64,000 nucleotides of DNA, taken from assembly GCF_018350175.1 (NCBI RefSeq), contig NC_058368.1, forward strand, positions 80,850,001 to 80,914,000, written 5' to 3'. This document shows positions 49,075 to 59,881 of the stretch, in pieces. Under the pieces are notes generated by a model. That model was not told the origin of the DNA, made no database searches, and saw only the letters and a list, made by a program, of their open reading frames with translations. Position 1 is the first letter of the stretch. Every line of letters begins with the position of its first letter. The DNA is from Felis catus. Its lineage: Eukaryota. The translations under genes and the position numbers were made by a program.

Positions 49075-49420
49075 ACTTGATTGTCTTCATCGGTCGAGCC
49101 ACTATAACGACACAGCACCGACTGGGCGGCTTGAACTACAAAATCTGTGTCTCATGGTCTGGAGTCTAGAAGTCTGAGATCAGGGAGGCGGCGTGGCTGG
49201 GTTCGGGGGTGGGGCTCTTCCCGGCTCCTCGCTGTGTCCTTGCTGTGACTGTGGAAGGGGCGAGGGGGCTCTCTGGGGTCTCCTTTATAAGAGCACCCAC
49301 TCATTGCAGGGACTCAGCCTCATGACCCAAGCACCTTGCATAGACCCTCCTACACCATCACACTATGGGGGTGGGGGTTTCAACACACAGATTTGGGGCA
49401 CACACATGTGGGCCACAGCG
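49075..49420 (-). mobile_element. MaLR LTR (MLT1A/B-like)
   Basis: GACTGGGCGGCTT...CTGGAGTCTAGAAGTCTGAGATCAGG...CTCTCTGGGGTCTCCTTTATAAGAGCAC...TTTCAACACACAGATTTGGGG. Confidence 0.8.
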
Positions 49421-50034
49421 CCAGACTTAAATGTGATGGACTGTTTGGGGGAGGGGATGGAGGAAATTGGAAACTCAGGACGTGCGGGTAAATGGGAGAT
49501 TCAGTACATCAGGTTTCTCCAGGATTTCTGCCTCTGGGAGGCCCAAAGCTCTGTGATTTTCACTGCCTGTCAGCATCTCTGGCATGTTCTGGAAGCAGGT
49601 CTGCTGAGAAAGCCTGTATGAGCTCAGAGGAGTTCTTTTCTGGGGCGCCTTATTTGTAGAAGGTGGCTTCTGCCCAAGGCCGGCTCTTAAATTGTCTCCA
49701 TGGTTAATGAGAAATAATTATGGTGAGGAGCCCCCAGCTCTGGACCTAAGTAACAGTCTCTGTTTAAAATAGTTTGTGGTTGATATCAAGTGAGGCCAAC
49801 ATGGTCTCCCCCCCACCCCCACCCCAGGTCTCCTTCTTTATATCATTCAGAGGGAGTGACTTCCAGCTCCATACCCCACGTGCAAGGGCAGAGGGCGCAT
49901 CTGCTTCCCTGCTGTGTACACAACAGCAGCTGATTGTACATTATTCACCAGCACACTAAATACAAAGGAGGAGAGGCGCGGGGCTCCATAGGTAAATTTG
50001 GAATTTTTTTTTTTTTAACAAATGTTTAAAAGTA

Positions 50035-50428
50035 CCAGGAAGGAAGAAAGGGAGGGAATGAGGGAGGGAGGAAGGGAGGCAGAGGGAGGCGAGGGAAGGA
50101 AGAAGGAGGGGGAAGAAGGAAGGGAGGGAGAGAGAGGCAGAGGAAGGGAAGGAAGGAAGGAGGAAGGGGAGGGAGAGAAGGAGTGGGGGAAGGAAGGAGA
50201 GAAGGGGAGGGAGCAAGAGGGAAAGAAGAAGGAGGGAAGGGAGGGAGGGAGGGATGGGCAAGGAAGGAGGGAGGCGGAGGGAGAGAAGGAGTAGAGGAAG
50301 GAAGGAGGGAGGGGGAGGGAGAGGAGTGGAGAAGGGAGGGGGAGGGAGGGGCGCAGGGGGAGGGAGGGGGAAGGAGGGGGAAAGAAGGAAGGAGGGACGG
50401 AGGGATCAAGGGAGGGAGGCGGGAAGGA
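50035..50428 (+). repeat. G/A-rich polypurine low-complexity tract
   Basis: Directly visible (GGAA/GGAG). Confidence 0.95.
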
Positions 50429-50519
50429 ACCCCTAACAAATCAAGATGTCTTGGCCATGACTTTGCATTAGAGTTGCCTGTCTGCTTCTCAAGAATTCAA
50501 ATGAATTTTGAGAATCCCC

Positions 50520-51100
50520 TTAGAAGTGACAACCCAAAGTGTAAGAAATGATAAACGGCTTTGGCCTCGGTAATTTTTATTAAGCACTAAATGTCACATT
50601 TAACCTGCATTACTGAGAGCAATTACCCACATATCAACAGTCAAGCGGCGCAGAGCCATGCCTGGAGCGGCGCGTTTGGCTCCATCTGGGAATAAGGATT
50701 TTCAATTAGGAGCCAAATAGCTGCAGAGGGGCCGGGGTCCTCCGGGGCTCCCAGAGGAGGCCTGCGGGGTAGTCTTCCGAGTGAGTCATCGCTGGCAGTG
50801 TCAACAGATCATCCCCAGCCATCTGCTGCCAGAGCGGCGCTTACTTTATCAAATCTCAATATTTACAGACGCTGATCAGCTCGTGGGACCAGGATGGCTC
50901 CCTGCCAGGGAGTTCTGGGAGATTCATTTAAGGTGTGTTTCAGCAGGCTAATTAATTTACAAGCACCTGTGTCATCGCCGGGAGCTGTTAGCACAGCAGA
51001 TGAGCCTCAGCCCGGGAGGGAGACTTTCTCTCGGCTAAATTGATTTCAATTGATTTTAATTTGCTGATGGCACAGTCGCAGGTTTAACGTGAGCCTAGCC
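50520..51100. promoter_or_regulatory. Putative conserved non-coding element / enhancer
   Basis: Unique sequence with TAATTAAT (50949-50956), tandem AATTGATTT (51038, 51048), AP-1 TGAGTCA (50782-50788) and TGTCA motifs. Conservation is inferred. Confidence 0.45.
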
Positions 51101-51287
51101 CGAAGCCCCTGTTTCCGCCCCCCTTTTGGGAGTGAGCCTTGCGGATGGCGCATTTCTTGGCCCTGTCGTGGAGGCGAGGAAAGCCCGCGGCGGGAAGCTT
51201 GCGTGACACCTACAGGCTCCACGGACTCTCGGAAGCAATATTCACTGTGTCTAATCAGACGTGAGGCGCGGGCTGCCAGTTAACATC

Positions 51288-51435
51288 CAGGGTTCCCAGA
51301 TAGATCCGGGCTTCGGATAAACAACAGATAATTTTTCAGTAGCCGAGCGTCCTGTGGGGACATTGTTATTTGTTTATCTGAAATCCAAACTTAACCAGGT
51401 GTCCTGGGTTTTATCCGCTGAGTCTGGCAGCCCTG
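51288..51435. mobile_element. MER53-like hAT element
   Basis: TIR-like ends CAGGGTTCCCAGA / TCTGGCAGCCCTG and internal inverted GATAAACAA / TTGTTTATC. Confidence 0.7.
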
Positions 51436-51534
51436 GTTGGGAGCTGCTGAGTCAGCACAGGAGCAAGCGTCCCCTCTACCTGGGTGGTCTCCTCTGCGGC
51501 TGAGAAGTTCTTGTCATGGAAACCTGATTTTTCT

Positions 51535-51715
51535 TAATATATATCTTTTAAATACGTATGTTTCTTAGAGAGCACAATCAGGGGAGAGGGGCAGAGGGGG
51601 AGGGAGGGAAGGAGAGGGAGAGGTGGAGGGAGAGAGAGAGAGGGAGAGGCGGAGGGAGAGAGAGAGAGAGAGGGAGGGAGAGAGAGAGAGGGAGGGAGGG
51701 AGGGAGGGAGGGAGG

Positions 51716-51777
<62 letters not shown>

Positions 51778-51896
51778 AGCAGGCTCCATGCTCAGCACGG
51801 AGCCTGATGCGGGGCTCGATCCCATGACCCTGGTTTCATGACATGAGCCAAAATCAAGAGTCGGACGCTCAACAGACTGAGCCCCCCAGGTGCCCC
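51535..51896 (-). mobile_element. Can-SINE with expanded (GA/GGGA)n tract
   Basis: Long GA-rich run 51590-51773, then CAAGCAGGCTCC...GAGCCAAAATCAAGAGTCGGACGCTCAAC...CAGGTGCCCC. Confidence 0.92.
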
Positions 51897-52024
51897 TTAA
51901 TTTTTATGTGAAGGTTTGAATCAGAATTTCTGAGCCAGATCTTCCACTTCCCCCTCTAAACACAATTCCTACAACTACGTCCTCTTCCTAGCCAGCTGCT
52001 TGAATGGTGGAGTGAGTCTGCTGT

Positions 52025-52330
52025 AGGCTGACCCCCATCCCCACCAAGGTGATGGTGTTAGGGGGTGGGGCCTTTAGGAGGTGATTAGGTCCTGAGGGTG
52101 GGGCCGCTGTGATGGATTAGCACCCTTATGAGAGACAGCCCTCCGCCTCCTTCTGCCTGCGCCGCCTGACAGCCAGCGGGGAGGCAGCCGTCTGGGGACC
52201 TCACCAGAACCCCGCCACATGGGTGCTCTCATCTCAGACTTCCAGCTTCCGGAGCTGAGAGAAGTGAATGTGTGTTACTGAAGCTGCCCAGTCTGTTGTT
52301 CTTTGTCATAGCAGCCCCACTTGAGACAGA
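52025..52330 (+). mobile_element. MaLR LTR (MLT1A-like)
   Basis: GTGATGGTGTTAGGGGGTGGGGCCTTTAGGAGGTGATTAGGTCCTGAGGGTGG...TCAGACTTCCAGC...TTTGTCATAGCAGCCC. Confidence 0.85.
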
Positions 52331-53005
52331 CGGAGTGAGACTTGTTCAGTGTCACACAACTACGGTGGGGACCAGGACCTTGACGGGCATTATCTTTTGG
52401 TGACAAGCAGAGATTCAAAGTTAGGACAGTACTTATGTACATGTAATTAACATGTCCCAGGTGGAACTCATGTGTGGGGGACTCAGTTCCCCATTCCAGT
52501 TCCTGTGGGTGTCACCCGCACTGCCCTCTGCCTGGGCCTCCTCCCTCACGGAAATGGCCACCGGACTGATTGATCCTCCTGCCTCTCCCGGTTCTGGATC
52601 TTCATTAGATCACAGGGCTATTGTTAACCTGGGCCTGGTTGTATTAGTAGTCAATTTGTAAGTAATTAAGTTCTCTGTTTATTTTTTAAAAGTGTTTTTG
52701 TCATTTATTTAATAAGTTTTGATTGCAGACCTACGTGTACAAAATGCCGTGATATACTCTGAGGGGGTTTGATCCAAGCATCAAGTCTAGACACAGGCCG
52801 TCTAGAAGCATACAACAAATACGTGTACATCTTGTGCTCAGTAGGATTTCATCCCTGGTGCTAAGACTTAAGAGAAAATTCTTCTGTGGTTCCTCATGGA
52901 AAGGTGGAACTCAGCTGTCCAGAGTGCTGAGTGTCATCCTAACAGCAGCCACGAGGACAGCTTGTGAGAGCTGTTTCTTATGGTGCCCTTAAAACAGGCT
53001 ACTGG

Positions 53006-53215
53006 GGGGCGCCTGGGGGGCGCAGTCGGTTAAGCGTCCGACTTCAGCCAGGTCACGATCTCGCGGTCCGTGAGTTCGAGCCCCGCATCAGGCTCTGGGC
53101 TGATGGCTCGGAGCCTGGAGCCTGTTTCCGATTCTGTGTCTCCCTCTCTCTCTCTGCCCCTCCCCCGTTCATGCTCTGTCTCTCTCTGTCCCAAAAATAA
53201 ATAAACGTTGAAAAA
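53006..53215 (+). mobile_element. Young felid Can-SINE (SINEC_Fc-type)
   Basis: Nearly identical to the 24059 copy; perfect TSD AAAACAGGCTACTGG (52991-53005, 53216-53230). Confidence 0.97.
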
Positions 53216-55879
53216 AAAACAGGCTACTGGTAAACCTAGATCTCGTGCTTTGAATAAAAGTCACCAAGGTGATCCCAGAGTAATTGTAGACCTGGTTTTG
53301 GTCTGGCAGACCCCGAGCAAAGCACTGGATGAACACGTCCTTCGGCACCCTTCCTTCTCTCGGTGATGTGTTGCTAAGTACCTGGTAGCACTGATTTCCA
53401 GGCAGTGGGTTGGGCGAGTTTTCACCGCCTGAACGGGGCCCGCCTTGAAGCTGCTTAACGTTGTTCCAAACGGAGAGTGAAAACCAGTTGTTTCCTCAGA
53501 CCTCTTCGCTTCTGTGCCGCCTTCCCGGGGCTTTTGTATCTGAGTGTTGCTAGTGTAGAATTGGCATTTTCCCCAACTTAATTTCTTTTTAAAAATATAA
53601 ATTACTATTTTTTAGATGGCTGTTTCAGCTTTTGACTAAGCAGTACCGTGAATGAAGTCATGGGTTTGATGCTCTCTGTTTTCTTGTCTTGTTACTTGTT
53701 CATGTGTTGCTGAGATCACCTGTGTGTGTCCTGCAGCCTGCATAATCCCAGGGTGGATGGGGTACCCGAGTCCTTCAGGAGAGATGAGGTTTAAGCAGAG
53801 ATAGCATCTGTTCAGTAGAGGATTAAATAGAGCACCTGAAGGTGAAGGTTCCCCACAAAAGCTGCCAGGACACGTGTCCTACCTTTCCACGAGAACTTTA
53901 AAAGTCTCAAGGTTCTGGCTGTGTACAGTACAGAGAGATTTAGGAGGTCCTCCCTGGAGCATTTTCTCAGCTGGCTGCAGCTGGGAAGTGCTGCGGATTC
54001 GGGATTTATGTGTGTGGAACAGTTGGTTAGAAATACCCACTGAGCAGGTGTTCTTGGAATCAGAGTATGGACTGATTTGATTGCTGGAGGCTGGTTCCCT
54101 GGCAGCATGCAGGACATTTGTTTGGGAGAGTGCTGGAGGCCCACAGCTGAGGAGGAGAGGGGAGGAGTGGGGGGATGCGGGGGAGCCAATGGGAATCGGG
54201 CTGGCCATGGTCTCAGTGGAGCACCTGGCTGGCCCCGTGGGGCGCCGTGAACCTGTGTGGTCTTTCAGGCTTTCCTGAGTTTGGGCAAGAGGACCAACCC
54301 TTTCTAGCCTGGGTGGGCCACCTTCCACGTGGGCTGTGTCCAGAGGGGTGACCTTGGGTGAGGCGGCTCTCTCTGGACAGGGCTGTCCCTGAGAAGGGCT
54401 GGTGGCCGAGGGCCGGCCTCCAGCAGCTTCCTGTGTCCAGGAGTGGGACCTTGCCTTCTGAGGTGGGACAGGTGGGGTCATAGCATCTTCCCCATTCACA
54501 AGGCAGGCATGTTTGACACTTGCCTCTTACGTATGCCATTGAGCCCTTTACACATCTTGTTGTGAATCCTCTCAATACACTTAAGAGGAAGGCATTTTTA
54601 TCACTTCCATTTATCGTGTGATAAAACTTTCATCCCAGGGTGGTAAAGGCACCAACATCAGTGAGTGGTTGAGTAAGGAGATGGAACCAGTGGGCTCACT
54701 CCAGGGCTCATTCCACTGTTGGGAGTTAAGTTCTGTAGATGTGTGCACACGCATATTTTACGTGTGTGTATAATGGACACACACGTGTGTATACATGTGT
54801 GTATAAATATATATCTTATGGGCGTACGTGTGTGGATATATATGTAAACCTGTGTACAGCCTCGCCTCGTATGCTGGTTCAGATGCTGCCAGAAATAGTA
54901 TTACCTGAAAACGTGTGTCAGGTGGTGGATGAGATAGAACTATCACTTTCTACCATGAGGGGAGAGCCGTCTGTGGAGGAAGGAGGCCCAGGATCTAGAG
55001 AATGCGGGTGGTTTGGCCCTTGAGGCCCAGAAGGCAGGGCTCGCACACCAGGTCTGGGGTCCGAGATTCTGGCCACCACATCCCCGTGGCAACCACAAGG
55101 TTTGAGAGGAGAAGCGTTTTGGACCCCTCCATGTGGGGGTGTGTCGGACAGTCTTTGCCCCAGCCCGTGGAGGGGTGTCTCAGGCCACCTGGGGAAAGAG
55201 CCCAGATGTGTCGGGAAGCTGTATTTTCCTCTCCCAAGTCAGTCTCTGTTCATCCACCCCTTTGTCTCCTTGTCCGTCCCCCACGCAGTCTCTGGATCAA
55301 AGGGCGGATTCGGGGCGGCAGTGAAGGAAGAGATCCCTACGGAGGCGTGTTCGGTTGCCCACTAGCCATTGATTAAGGCTTTGAAATTTGAATGCATTTC
55401 ATCATGGTTGCAATTATTTTAGCCTGGGGGGGAAAAAAACTTTCATAGCAGGTGCTCACCAGCACCATTAGGAAGAAAAGTAAATTACCTGAATAGTAAC
55501 TTTAAAAAATGTCATATGCTTGGGAACCTCCCGAGATACTGGTTGTAAAATGCTCTCAGTGATAACACAGTGATTTAATTTGCTGCATGAGGTCCTTAAT
55601 GATAAACCAGCTGAATAATGGTGATGAGTATTGGTGACATCGAGCTTAATTTTGGAATATATCAGGTCCTTGTTAGTGACGGTAGAACGGTGCCATCTGT
55701 GATGGGAAATACTTGCTTTCCAATTTTCCAGGGGGTGGAGTGGGGAGAAAGCATATGGGTGGCTCTTCCAAAAACGGCTTTAAAAGCATTCTTGTGTTTA
55801 CCTTTCTAGAAATTATTACGGGATTCAACAAAGGAAGTTTGCTACCCTACTGACACGTGAGGTGGTGTTAAGGAGAAAG

Positions 55880-56221
55880 TTTTTGTTTTTTTTAACTAAA
55901 ATTTTTTTTTTTTATTTGAGAGAGAGAGAGTGTGAGCAGGGGAGAGGGGAAGAGAGAATCCCAAGCAGGCTCCCACGACCATGGATCATGACCTGAGCCG
56001 AAACCAAGAATCCAAAAAATTAAAAGTCCATTTCTCAGGACAACTCTGTGCATAAAGAACACGCAAGATTCTATCAGAGAGATGACTGGCGTGTTCTTAA
56101 TCATCTTGTAGGATTCCGATTGGAGTAAAACAAAGTTACAGCTTTTATCGGTTTATCCTTAACCTTTGCATATGTGAGAGCAATCCAACCTAGGCTCAAA
56201 CCGATGAGCCACCAGGCGCCC
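55880..56221 (-). mobile_element. Can-SINE split by a 186-bp inverted copy of downstream DNA
   Basis: SINE sequence runs to GATCATGACCTGAGCCGAAACCAAGAATCC (56013) and resumes at GCTCAAACCGATGAGCCACCAGGCGCCC (56194-56221). Confidence 0.9.
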
Positions 56222-56470
56222 TGGGGCAGGTTTTGAATAAGTGTAATCAATGGCATTTTAAAAAAAATTTAGCACCTATAACTTAGCCTAGGTTGGCTTA
56301 CTCTCACATGTGCAAAGGTTAAGGATAAACCAATAAAAGCTGTAACTTCGTTTTACTCCAGTCGGAGTCCTACAAGATGATTAAGAACACGCCAGTCATC
56401 TCTCTGATAGAATCTTGCGTGTTCTTTATGCACAGAGTTGTCCTGAGAAACGGACTTTTAATTCTTAGGA
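56011..56470. repeat. Long inverted repeat: 186-bp arms, 88-bp spacer
   Basis: 56011-56196 aligns without gaps to the reverse complement of 56285-56470, with 10 mismatches by manual count. Confidence 0.97.
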
Positions 56471-57449
56471 AAGAAAGTGGATCAGTGCGGCAAACAGTAG
56501 GACTAGTGTCGTGAAAGGCCTACAGCTGAGGAGGGGTGTACGATTTCCATGTAAAGAAAGGCCTGCGATCCCACCAGACAGGGCTCATTAATTTAAGACA
56601 GTTGAACTCATAAGCATCAGAGTTCACAATTCAATTATGCAGGGAGATAATCTTCCTGTGGTGGTTTATTTAGCTCGTGAGTTCTAATTAATTCTGTTCC
56701 ACGAGGGAGGGCTGCAGAGAGCAGCCTGGGCCCATAATCTCAGGGCTGTTCGTGTTCATTTTAGTAAGCTGTGCCCACGCACACGCGCGGCATAAAATAC
56801 CTTCATCCAGTCTCTGCTGCATTTAGCTGACGACCTCAAGAGTCAGTGTTGGGATATTCTTTTTACTGAGCAGGCAGCAATTTCTAGAAACCATTGGGTT
56901 GGGTTCTGACTCTGCAGAAGCTGCCTATGGCAACTGTCCTGCTCCCTGTCACCAGTTTGGATGCTAAAAATAAGTAACAGATTCAACTCCAAGGATGACT
57001 CTGGTTGATAAGAGTCTATTTACAGTCTACCTGATCTGCTTCTGTCCTTTGGGGCCCCAGGATGCTCTCATTTCACTCCCGCATCAAAGCTCACTCCTCT
57101 CACCGTCTTCTGTGAGCCAGACCACAACCTACCTGAGTGCCCTGGTTTCTGATCTTCCTTTCTGGGCTTTCGACGAAGGTGAGGATGTCAGATGGCCCTC
57201 ACAGTGGTAGGTTGAACACAGGGACAGGGAGTGGGACAGAACAGCTGGACTCTGAGGACAAATGCTTCGAAGAGTTGTTACTAGGTGCCACATGTCCAGG
57301 ATGGTGATACTTTGCTCTCAGTATGTTTGGATGAGCTTGTTGTAGGATTTATTTTATTATAATGTGTGCATGTGTATATATCCTATTTATTCATTTGGCC
57401 CACCTTGGGTGAGGGCTACGTACCAGATACTGGGCGTAAAGTGGTAGGC

Positions 57450-57765
57450 TCGTCGGGACAAGCTAAGTTTTGTGAGGGAAACCACAGCCCCCAGAGCTCA
57501 GTAACCTGAAACAGCAAAGGCTGCTCAAGGTCCAGTTGGGGTCCTCCCTGTGTCTCTTCCCCTGCAGGCAGCACCCTCGGGAATGGTCAGCTGTGGTAGA
57601 AGAGAGAGTGGGAGCTGTGGAAGGCCTTTCCCCAGCAGTCCGGTCCTTTGGGCCAGAAACAACACACGTGATTTCCACTCACAGTCCATTGGCTGAAACT
57701 GGCCACGGACCCTCCCAAACACACGGGGTCAGGAGGGGCACGTCCCTCAAATGCCCACAGAGCCC
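57450..57765 (-). mobile_element. Old MaLR LTR fragment (MLT1J-L-like)
   Basis: CTCAGTAACCTGAAACAGCAAAGG...GGCCAGAAACAACACACGTGATTTCCACTCACAGTCCATTGGCTGAAACT. Confidence 0.55.
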
Positions 57766-58394
57766 GGGGCCAGGGGTGTTTGGTGGTCAGCAAAGTGACT
57801 GCCCGCGTGGCGTGGACACATCTGTGCGGTACAGTTCGGTTGGGCAGCTGGACATCAGCAGATGATTGCAGAAGTCACCACTGCGACCCTGATACGTGCC
57901 CTGGGGCAGTCTGAGGCATCACATGTGGTCCTTGGGCATTGTCGTCTATTCATGAGAGTAGTTTCTTGTTAGAGGTTTGACATCTCTCGGGTGGAATAAA
58001 TCACAGCCCGTAAACACTTAGAAGCCGAGGAGATTGACTAATAACTCTTGGTGGTTTTTAAATCCTATTCGCTAGGTCTCTTGGGTTGAGGGGTCTGGTT
58101 GGACCAGAGGAGTTCTGACTTGGCCCATTTGGATTTGTTTGATCCACAGAAACTATTCTCGGTCAGCCATTCTCGGTACGGGTCAAAGGCAACAGCAACC
58201 TGATATTTTGGGTTTGCGTATCAGATTTTCCAGGAAAATAGGTTTTGCTGCTTTGAGATATAATACAGACCAACCTCAAATAATTCTTTCACGTGAGAGC
58301 AATCTGAGGCCCGAGGAAGTTAGTGGCTTCTTAAGGCTATGTTAGAAACTAATGTCAGAGCTCAGTTGCTGCTTTCATTTTTCTAATCACTTAA

Positions 58395-58625
58395 AAAAAC
58401 TGTGGTGGAATGCATATAAATAAAATGTACAGTTTTCACCATTTTACATATTTTTAAGTGTAAGTTCAGTGGCATTAACTGCGTTCACATAGTTGTGCAT
58501 CCCTCACCGTCGTCCGTCTCCAGAACTTCCTCCCCACCTGAAACTGTCCCCATTAAACACCGAGTCCCCATCCCTACCCTGTGGCCAAGAGCCCGGTGTC
58601 CCCCCAGACTTTGGGTGCTCTGTGC
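58395..58625 (-). mobile_element. L1MB-like 3' end
   Basis: TTTTTAAGTGTAAGTTCAGTGGCATTAA...TTCACATAGTTGTGCA...TCTCCAGAACTT...GAAACTGTCCCCATTAAACA. Confidence 0.8.
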
Positions 58626-59626
58626 TGGGGTGAGTCCTCCAGGCTGGGGGTATGTCCGGTCTTTCAGCAGGACACCCCCAGATGTTAGGTTCCCCCAGTT
58701 ACCACGGTTAGTCCTGCTCTGCTGTGGCAATAGTCACTCCTTGGGGGTTGCGGGGACTTTCCCCTGCCTGCCCCCGGGCTGGGGGCACATTCACCTGGGG
58801 AAGGCCGGGGCCTGCGGGGGTCTGTGGGTCCCAGTCTTCCCCACCTGTGGTCTTGGCCCCTGCAGAGCGGGGCACAGAGGGGAGATCCCCCCACATCTTT
58901 CCACGGCCTGCTGCACACACCGCTCTCCTGTAGAGGCCGCTTGGCAGCCCCGTTTCCAATGGTTCGTGCAGTCGGACAAGGTGTATTGTCCGGCCAGCAT
59001 CTCTCAAAACTTGGGGTATGTCATTAGGGCCATCGATGCTGATGACATTTCTTCACTACTGTTGCTTCTGTTTGAAGTGTTCAGTCAGTTGTACGGGGAC
59101 CGACAGGAGACTCCACAGCCTGTGCACATGGCCCCGTCCCTCCTGAAGGTGCATCCAGACACTGGAGAGCAGCCCCTCGCGGAGGAGGCCCACGTCTCAG
59201 GAGAGGTGGGACTGGGTGCACCGGGGGACTTTGGTGGCTGCAGCGCTTGTATGAGAAGTGAGTGATGAATCAGGGAACGGTTGTGATGAATATTCTGGGA
59301 AGTTGTATGCAGCTGGGGTGTTCTGGTCATTGGAGGGACGGAGCTCAGAATCTTAGAATCGCAGAAATTCTCAGGAGTTACATGGTCTGCCGGCATCGAA
59401 TCGCACCAGAACTTTTCAGTTTTCCTTTCAATTTCTGCCCCAGAGGAGTGGGAAAAACAGAAAATTCATAAGAAAAGGCACCTGGCATACTTGAGAAATT
59501 AGTAGTAGAATGTAAAAGACAGTAAAGGAAACAATCTTTTGATACAAAGTGTCATAGCCAACATAGATAAATAGGTTTTGCATCTGTGATGTTACAAAGT
59601 TAACATAGAAACACAAGAAGAGTCTT

Positions 59627-59648
59627 TTAATTTTTAACATATTTATTT

Positions 59649-59727
<79 letters not shown>

Positions 59728-59881
59728 GGTGAAGGGCAGAGATAAGGAGACACAGAAACTGAAGCAGGCTCCAGGCTCTGAGCTGTCAGCAGAGCCCGAT
59801 GTGGGGCTTGAACTCACAAACTGTGAGGTCGGGACCTGAGCTGAAGTCAGACGCTTAACTGACTGAGCCACCCAGGTGCCT
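59627..59881 (-). mobile_element. Can-SINE carrying a (GT)n(GA)n compound microsatellite
   Basis: Antisense body ending TGAGCCACCCAGGTGCC; approximate TSD CAAGAAGAGTCTT (59614-59626) vs CAAGAAGGGGTCTT (59882-59895). Confidence 0.95.

Noticed and set aside
58495..59265. 256-aa ORF
   Set aside because: It starts within an antisense L1MB fragment, has GC-driven composition and shows no recognisable domain.
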